Positions 58,007 to 64,000 of a stretch of 64,000 bases of DNA are shown piece after piece (the stretch's first letter is position 1; each line of letters starts with the position of its first letter). The notes under the pieces were generated by a model that had not been told where the DNA came from, did no database searches, and saw nothing but the letters and a program-made list of their open reading frames with translations. The stretch is from the NCBI GenBank assembly GCA_963815175.1, contig CAWFGM010000038.1:57492-121491 (forward strand), in the 5' to 3' direction. Source of the stretch: an uncultured Acidobacteriaceae bacterium (lineage in GTDB: Bacteria > Acidobacteriota > Terriglobia > Terriglobales > Acidobacteriaceae). Made by a program: the position numbers and the translations under genes.

Positions 58007-60577
58007 CTACTCCCCAAGCGCGATGCTGGAACGCAGAAGAACTGCCCTGGAAGACTGGCCAACCTTGAATTCGTAAGTACCCTTGCAGAGCTTCCAGTCA
58101 TTCTTCCCGCTCCAGGCAGCAAGGCTGGCGAGGGGTATCTTGAGGTTCACTGTTGTTGTTTGCCCAGGATTCAAAACTACTTTCTCAAATCCCTTCAATT
58201 GAGAAGGTGGCTCTTGGGCGCACTTGGGCTCAGCCACATAGAGTTGCACGACATCGGATCCTGCGCGGTTGCCGGTGTTTTTGACCGTAACGGTGACGGA
58301 CACCGAATTGCCGGTGCGTTTCAAACTCAGGCCGCTGTATTGAAAGCTTGTATACGAAAGGCCGAAGCCGAACGGGAATAGAGGCTGCTGTTGATATTGG
58401 TCGTACCAGCGATAGCCGACGAGAATTCCCTCTTTATAGTCTGCTTTTCCATTTACGCCTGGATATGACTCTGCATCCGCGCCCGGTCCTTGGTCGGGGG
58501 ATGCAGGGAAGGTCATGGGCAAACGGCCGCCTGGATCGGCGTCGCCAAATAGCACGGCTGCGATGCCGGCGCCACTCTCCTGGCCCGGGTACCAGGCTTG
58601 CAGAACGGCATCCACTTTATCCAGCCATGGCATGGCCACGGGCGTGGAGGTATTAAGCACCACGACGGTATGCGGGTTTTGTGCAGCCACGGACTCGATC
58701 AATGCATCTTGATTTTCCGGCAGCGGCAACGATGTCTTGTCCATGCCCTCCCCGAGTTGCTCTGCGGCAAAGACGATGGCGATGTCTGCCGACTTTGCGG
58801 CTTGCATCGCGGCAGCCATCTCATCAGGATGGGGAGGATACCAGCCCAAATGGAGGGCGCTCCCGAGCAATGCATAGTCATTCGAGTGCTCTAGGACCAG
58901 CTTTACGGGCATACCCGCCGTAAGGTGCGCGGCGCCGAAGGCGGTCGACCGGAAATTTACTTTTTGCAACTGCACTACTATTTTTCCGCCGATCCTCAGG
59001 TTTGCCGTTCCCGCTCCTTCGAGCGAGAACATGTAGTCGCCTGTGGATGGCGGGGTGAGCGTCCCCGTCCAGCGCGCGGACCAGGACAACTTAGGCGGCC
59101 CAAAAGAGAAAGTCGCTTGACCCAACTCCGGCGCCGGTAGACCGTGAATGTCAATGCTGGGGTCGGTGCGGGTTACGGCCGGATCGCCAGTCAAATTTCC
59201 GCTGCGGTAATAGGCGGCAGTAAAGCCATGTCCAGGGCCAGAAGATGGGGTAAGGACATCTCCCTCAAGAAGCGGCAGTGGCCGGATACCGACGCCGACA
59301 TCGTAGTAGGAGACTTTCATGGCAGAGCCGGCGCGTTTTTCCAGGGCTTCGGCCGGCACGCTCAATTTCTCCACGTAGACGGTCGGGCCCTCTTCCCCGA
59401 TGACTGCCTGGGGGCCGGCGGCAACACCGATGACAGCAATGCTTTTTACTTTTTCGGGGGAGATCGGCAGCACCTGGTCCTTGTTCTTAAGCAGGACCGC
59501 ACTCTCTTCGATGATGCTCCTCGACAAGGAGACATGCTGGCTAGTGGATACGCGAGCGGCGGGTTTGCCGGGAGCGGGCTGGTCGTAGATGCCCAGCTTG
59601 AAAATTGGAAAAAGAATGTCATATAACATGCGGTCGATGGCCGGTCCGGTCAATTGTCCGTGGGCGACCATTTCTTGCAGGAGCTTTTCCGGGCCAACGA
59701 AAGTTACGCCTGCCTTGAGCGCGAGCAGCGGATCGTGCAGGGCGAAGACAGCATCCGGCGTAACCGCGCCGATGAAACCCCACTGTTTTAGTTGGCCGAG
59801 GACTTTCTCGTTGTTGCAGGCAAAGACGCCATTGATCTGGTTGTAGGCGCACATGGCGGCAGCAGCGCCCGCTGCCTGGATCGCTTGTCGAAAGCCGGGA
59901 TAATAAATCTCGTGGAGCGCGCGATCAGAAATGATCTCGTTGATACCGGTGAAATCAGGAAAGTGCCCGACGCGATCCGCATCCTGGTTGTTTCCGGCAA
60001 AGTGCTTGACCATCGCGATGACATGTTCTTTTTGGATCGCCGATACCTCGGCAGCGGCCATTTGGCCATTCAGGAATGGATCTTCGCCGAAGGTCTCTGC
60101 AGAGCGGCCCCAGTGCCAGGTGCGCATGATGTTCAGGGTGGGCCCGACGATTTCTGAACTTCCTTTTCCCCGCCATTCTTCTCCGAGGGCTTGGCCGAAA
60201 TCAGCGGCGCGATTGCGATCCCAGGTTGCGGCCAGGGCGATCTCGTTGGGAAAGGCTGTCACCCCCAGCGCGGCGGGGGGAGGCGGGCCTGGAATCGGGC
60301 CTTTGGCGTAGCCGTTGGGGCCGTCGGCGGGGTTCAAAGGAGGGATTGCGAAGCGATCGGGCTTTGGTCTTTCCAGGATGTGGTTGATTTTCTCCTCGGG
60401 GCTCATGGCGTGGATGAGCTCGAGGGTTCTGCATTCCGGCGTTTGTTGACGGTCACGCCAGGGGTCGGTGGAGGATGTTGCTTTGCAGTTTTCGAAACGC
60501 GGAGGCTGAGGTTGGGCAGTCTGGCCCCTCAGTGTGCAGGCAAAGGCGAGAAGGTAAAGAAGGGAATGCTTTCGCAT
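58007..60577 (-). CDS. glycoside hydrolase family 3 beta-glucosidase with inserted PA14 domain
   Basis: 856 aa with a signal peptide. GH3 blocks are GPNGYA, KHFAGNNQ and the nucleophile region. The PA14-like insert is GFTAAYYRSGNLTGDPAV...YMFSLEGAGTANLRIGG. The C-terminus is fibronectin-like. Confidence 0.9.
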   Translation of the reverse strand: MRKHSLLYLLAFACTLRGQTAQPQPPRFENCKATSSTDPWRDRQQTPECRTLELIHAMSPEEKINHILERPKPDRFAIPPLNPADGPNGYAKGPIPGPPPPAALGVTAFPNEIALAATWDRNRAADFGQALGEEWRGKGSSEIVGPTLNIMRTWHWGRSAETFGEDPFLNGQMAAAEVSAIQKEHVIAMVKHFAGNNQDADRVGHFPDFTGINEIISDRALHEIYYPGFRQAIQAAGAAAAMCAYNQINGVFACNNEKVLGQLKQWGFIGAVTPDAVFALHDPLLALKAGVTFVGPEKLLQEMVAHGQLTGPAIDRMLYDILFPIFKLGIYDQPAPGKPAARVSTSQHVSLSRSIIEESAVLLKNKDQVLPISPEKVKSIAVIGVAAGPQAVIGEEGPTVYVEKLSVPAEALEKRAGSAMKVSYYDVGVGIRPLPLLEGDVLTPSSGPGHGFTAAYYRSGNLTGDPAVTRTDPSIDIHGLPAPELGQATFSFGPPKLSWSARWTGTLTPPSTGDYMFSLEGAGTANLRIGGKIVVQLQKVNFRSTAFGAAHLTAGMPVKLVLEHSNDYALLGSALHLGWYPPHPDEMAAAMQAAKSADIAIVFAAEQLGEGMDKTSLPLPENQDALIESVAAQNPHTVVVLNTSTPVAMPWLDKVDAVLQAWYPGQESGAGIAAVLFGDADPGGRLPMTFPASPDQGPGADAESYPGVNGKADYKEGILVGYRWYDQYQQQPLFPFGFGLSYTSFQYSGLSLKRTGNSVSVTVTVKNTGNRAGSDVVQLYVAEPKCAQEPPSQLKGFEKVVLNPGQTTTVNLKIPLASLAAWSGKNDWKLCKGTYEFKVGQSSRAVLLRSSIALGE

Positions 60578-60694
60578 AGTGGATCGGTGTACCTGCTTTC
60601 ACGCGAGTTCCGAGGCCCAATTCTTTTCTACCTTTACGAGCCGACCAAGGGTTTTGTGAAAGAAGTCTGCACCGGGCAAGGAACCAATACCTCA

Positions 60695-60970
60695 GGGGCT
60701 AAAGTGTCTGCGTGAGAACTAGCTTGAGTGAGACCCAGGATTGCATCCTGGGTAATTCTCAGCCGTCCGTACGGGACTAACTATGCTGTGAACTTATACC
60801 CAGACTACGTCCTGGGCTACTATCAGCCGTCCCTGTGGGACTTCCATCGTGGGAGGAGAACGGGGTACCTCAGGGGCTTTCAAAGCCCTCGGCAGCCCAT
60901 CGCTTACGGCCCGACTCAAGTGGTGTCCTGACACAAAGCATAAGTTTTTCCGCAACCTGTAAAACCCTTG
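60695..60970. repeat. cluster of REP-like elements
   Basis: 60699-60720 matches 39213-39234 at 21 of 22 nt. 60905-60970 is about 80% identical to 23597-23662. The intervening cagccgtcc...tacccagactacgtcctgggctactatcagccgtccctgtggg contains an internal direct repeat. Confidence 0.7.
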
Positions 60971-61199
60971 TTAATCCGGGCCGGGCCACATAAACCGTTG
61001 TTTTCACACAAACACTAAAGCCCTCATCCGCGGCATTGACACAAAACAAAGCATCGACGTTTCAGTGGCGCTTCTCTGGTTGCAGTAAGATACGCCGGTC
61101 GATCGTTTATTGCACGACTAAACCGCCTGGGGGAAAATCGCTTACTTGGGGTCCCGGAAGAAAGGTCACTAAAAGCGGATGATATATAACCCGCACGCG

Positions 61200-62594
61200 C
61201 TACTTGGGGGGCGTGGCAAATTCGGAGAGTTGGGGCTTTGCTATTGCCGGATCCCCTACGACGACGAGCGTCATTGCGCCGGGGTGCAGATATTTCACCG
61301 CCATGGCCTGTACTTGCCCGGGTGTGACGGCGTTCACCCGCTGCACGTAGCCAGTTAGATATTCGTCGCTCAAGTGGTGGAAATCGACGAAGGTGAGGTT
61401 CGCGAGGATGCCTAGACGGGACGAGTTTCGCAGGATGAAGACGCCATCCTCATAGCGCTGAATGCCGTCGAGTTCGGCAACGGTAGGCGGAGCGCTCTGC
61501 AACAGCTTGATCTCTTTCACAATTTCCTGAATCGCCGGACCTGTGGCTGTGGTGGTGATAGCGGCGTTCTCCGCCCAGATGTTGGTTCCATAGCCTTTGG
61601 AGAGAGTGCTGTGCGGCGAATAGGTGTAGCCCTTCTGCTCACGAATGTTGGCCGTGATGCGCGAGCCAAAGGAGCCCCCCAGCAACGAATTCATGACGTC
61701 GAGGGGGGTGGTGTCGGGAGATTTCACATCCGCGACCGGAAGGCCAAAGATGACGTTGCTTTGCGCAGCGCCAGGCTGATCGATGAAAGCGAAATGCGCT
61801 CCTTCCGTGGCAGTCTGCACCGGCATCTGCACGGCCGGTCCTTTAGACCATCCGGCGAACGACGCTTGGATGGCCTTCTTTGCGGCTTTCTCATCGAACC
61901 GGCCCACGACATAGATGGAAGCTCGCTGGGCGCCGTAATTGGCGGCGTAAAAGCCTCGCACGTCGGCCAAGGTATAACTTTTCAACATTGCCTCGGTCGG
62001 GAGCAAGCGGCCATACGGCTGGTCGCCGTAGATCACCTGGGCGAATTTCTGGCGGGCAAGAAAAGCAGGGTTTGCCAGCGAAGTCGCGCGGGAGCGAAGA
62101 TGATCGGCACGCAGCCGGTCAAAGTCCTTTTCCGGAAAAGCAGGGTGCTGGATCACATCAGCCAGAAGGGCGATCGCATCCGCTGTATTTTGATTGAGAA
62201 CATCCATGGAGAAGTCGGATTGGTAGGTTTCGGCATGGATGGAGAGCTCGGAGCCCATGTCGCCAGCCATTCGCGCGACTTCTTCGCCGCTGCGGGTCGC
62301 CGTACCTTCGGCCATGAGTTCTGCCGTGATTGCCGAGAGGTCCACGTGCTGCGGATCCTCATTGACCTTTCCCGCTGCCTCTTCGATTAAGACGGTGGCC
62401 TTGGGCACAGAGCCAAACTGCAACAGATTTACCTGGATTCCGTTGCCCAGCAGGTAATGGGTTCTTTGCGCAAGATGGAAGGAACTCGCCGGGGCTGGGG
62501 CTGGGGGCTGCTCCTTTAAGGGCTGTTGGGCTGCCGCCGGAAGGTTGCACAGAGCGGCACAGAAGGTAAAAGCGAGTAAGCGAGCGACCATCAT
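61200..62594 (-). CDS. M16-family peptidase, non-catalytic (beta-type) subunit
   Basis: 464 aa with a signal peptide and M16 N- and C-domains, but no HxxEH. 4-nt overlap with the upstream M16 gene. Confidence 0.85.
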   Translation of the reverse strand: MMVARLLAFTFCAALCNLPAAAQQPLKEQPPAPAPASSFHLAQRTHYLLGNGIQVNLLQFGSVPKATVLIEEAAGKVNEDPQHVDLSAITAELMAEGTATRSGEEVARMAGDMGSELSIHAETYQSDFSMDVLNQNTADAIALLADVIQHPAFPEKDFDRLRADHLRSRATSLANPAFLARQKFAQVIYGDQPYGRLLPTEAMLKSYTLADVRGFYAANYGAQRASIYVVGRFDEKAAKKAIQASFAGWSKGPAVQMPVQTATEGAHFAFIDQPGAAQSNVIFGLPVADVKSPDTTPLDVMNSLLGGSFGSRITANIREQKGYTYSPHSTLSKGYGTNIWAENAAITTTATGPAIQEIVKEIKLLQSAPPTVAELDGIQRYEDGVFILRNSSRLGILANLTFVDFHHLSDEYLTGYVQRVNAVTPGQVQAMAVKYLHPGAMTLVVVGDPAIAKPQLSEFATPPK

Positions 62595-63982
62595 CGACCT
62601 CCTGGAGCTGCTGCAGCGGCGGGCTTGGGCGCAACTGCGATTTCGAGTATCGTCCGGTTCTGTGGCCGCAGGTACTGCTTAGCGGCGGCTTGCAGGTCCT
62701 CGGGCGTGAGCTTGTTAAAGTTTTCCACCAGCGTGTTGATCTGGTCTGGATCATCGTCGAACAATGCGAAGCAGGCCAGCAGGTCGACCTTGCCAAGTCC
62801 CAGATTTCCCTCCTGATCGTAGAGGTCAGAGATGAGCTTGGTTTGCGCACGGCGCAGCGTGGCAGCGTCCACTGGCTGGTCGATGACCCGCTGCATGACT
62901 CCGTCCACTGCGCTCATGATTTGCGCCGAGGTGATGCTGTCATCGTGGATCAGGCTTGCGGTGAAAAGCATGGGGCCACGATAGTCGTAAAGATTGCCCA
63001 GTTGATTGATGCCGCCATCGATGGAACTCGCGTATCCGCGCTTCTTGACGATCTCCTGGACCAGCATACTGTCGTCGCCCTGCAACAGGATCTGGTTGAG
63101 CAAGCCCATTGCGTACCAGTCTTTGGTGCGCCGCTCGGGCACGTGATAAGAAAAGGCCAGTGCCGGTTTACTCGCCAGCTTGTCGGTCTTTGTGGCGTGC
63201 TTCTCCGCGGTCTGCTGCGGTTCAGATAAGTCCGGCAGCGGTGGAACCTTGCCCGCGGGAATGTTGCCGAAGTATTGCTGCACCCATGCCTTTGCCTGGT
63301 CGATGTTGAAGTCGCCTACCACCACAAGGGCCGCATTGTTGGGTACGTAGTAGGTTGCGAAGAAGTGCTGTACGTCGTTGAGCGTGGCGGCATCGATATC
63401 CTTGAGATCGCCATAGAAGTTGTGCGCGTTATACCAGTTGGTATTCGCGTACTGGGGCATGTCAAGCCAGGGGAAACCACCGTAAGGCCGGTTGAGGACG
63501 TTGACTTTCACTTCATTGCTGACAACGCCCTTCTGGTTGGTGAGATTGGCTTCGGTGATGTCCAGGCCGCGCATGCGGTCGGCTTCAGCCCACAGCACAG
63601 TCTGCAGCGTGTTCGCCGGGAGGACCTCGTAATAATTGGTGAAGTCGAAGCGCGTTGAGCCGTTAAGGACGCCGCCGTTGTTCTGAATCAGACGAACAAA
63701 TTGCATTTTTCCCAGGTTCTTTGAACCCTGGAACATCATGTGCTCAAAGAGGTGGGCGAAGCCGGTGCGGTCACGCGGCTCGATGCGGAAACCGATCTGG
63801 TAGTACACCCCTACCGCCACAATGGGAGCGGCGCTGTCCTGCGACAAGACGACCTTCAAGCCATTGGGCAGCTTGTAGTAGGTGACAGGAATTTTATCTG
63901 CTACCGTCTGGCCGGCGGCAAATGCGGTGATTGCGGCAAGGACGGCGAGGGCAGCAAATTTTCCCTTGCAAAGCATCGTCAT
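62591..63982 (-). CDS. M16-family (pitrilysin-like) zinc peptidase, catalytic subunit
   Basis: 463 aa with a signal peptide and the inverted zinc motif HLFEHMMFQG (HxxEH). Confidence 0.9.
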   Translation of the reverse strand: MTMLCKGKFAALAVLAAITAFAAGQTVADKIPVTYYKLPNGLKVVLSQDSAAPIVAVGVYYQIGFRIEPRDRTGFAHLFEHMMFQGSKNLGKMQFVRLIQNNGGVLNGSTRFDFTNYYEVLPANTLQTVLWAEADRMRGLDITEANLTNQKGVVSNEVKVNVLNRPYGGFPWLDMPQYANTNWYNAHNFYGDLKDIDAATLNDVQHFFATYYVPNNAALVVVGDFNIDQAKAWVQQYFGNIPAGKVPPLPDLSEPQQTAEKHATKTDKLASKPALAFSYHVPERRTKDWYAMGLLNQILLQGDDSMLVQEIVKKRGYASSIDGGINQLGNLYDYRGPMLFTASLIHDDSITSAQIMSAVDGVMQRVIDQPVDAATLRRAQTKLISDLYDQEGNLGLGKVDLLACFALFDDDPDQINTLVENFNKLTPEDLQAAAKQYLRPQNRTILEIAVAPKPAAAAAPGGR

Positions 63983-64000
63983 TGTTTCCTCTGAGCATTC

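Overview
GC-rich (about 60% by eye) chromosomal segment whose gene repertoire looks like Acidobacteriota. This is an inference from family content: PadR plus ADOP/MacB-like permeases, a DUF1552/DUF1592 pair, Ser/Thr-kinase and CadC-type wHTH fusions to TolB-like beta-propellers, and an ECF sigma/anti-sigma/HEAT module. I can support roughly 55 protein-coding genes. I saw no rRNA, tRNA, CRISPR array, transposase or integrase. Housekeeping or accessory blocks include a six-gene acyl-CoA/ABC-importer operon (41.9-48.7 kb), a two-component system, a GH3 beta-glucosidase, an M16 peptidase pair and an AbrB-type antitoxin/Doc toxin pair. Three things stand out. (1) At 33.9-36.1 kb, a P4H-type 2OG-Fe(II) oxygenase, a 7 x 36-nt tandem-repeat ORF (Pro-rich on one strand, Gly/Ser-rich on the other) and a 340-aa protein lie together; the protein's motif blocks resemble plant hydroxyproline O-arabinosyltransferases (GT95/GT96). 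This is my best candidate for an undescribed system, a bacterial Hyp/Ser O-glycosylation cassette. (2) At 19.3-22.0 kb there is a low-GC, tightly coupled three-gene operon: a TIGR04255-like gene plus two orphans. (3) At least two dozen frame disruptions are concentrated in about ten genes, mostly members of expanded paralog families, while about 30 kb of other long ORFs are clean. This points to real pseudogenisation or to paralog-driven assembly error. Also present are interspersed REP-like elements, a 28/29-bp minisatellite splitting the DUF1552/DUF1592 pair, and an M48-like protein that has lost two zinc ligands. All family calls come from reading the translations and from memory of motifs. 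None has been checked by a database search.
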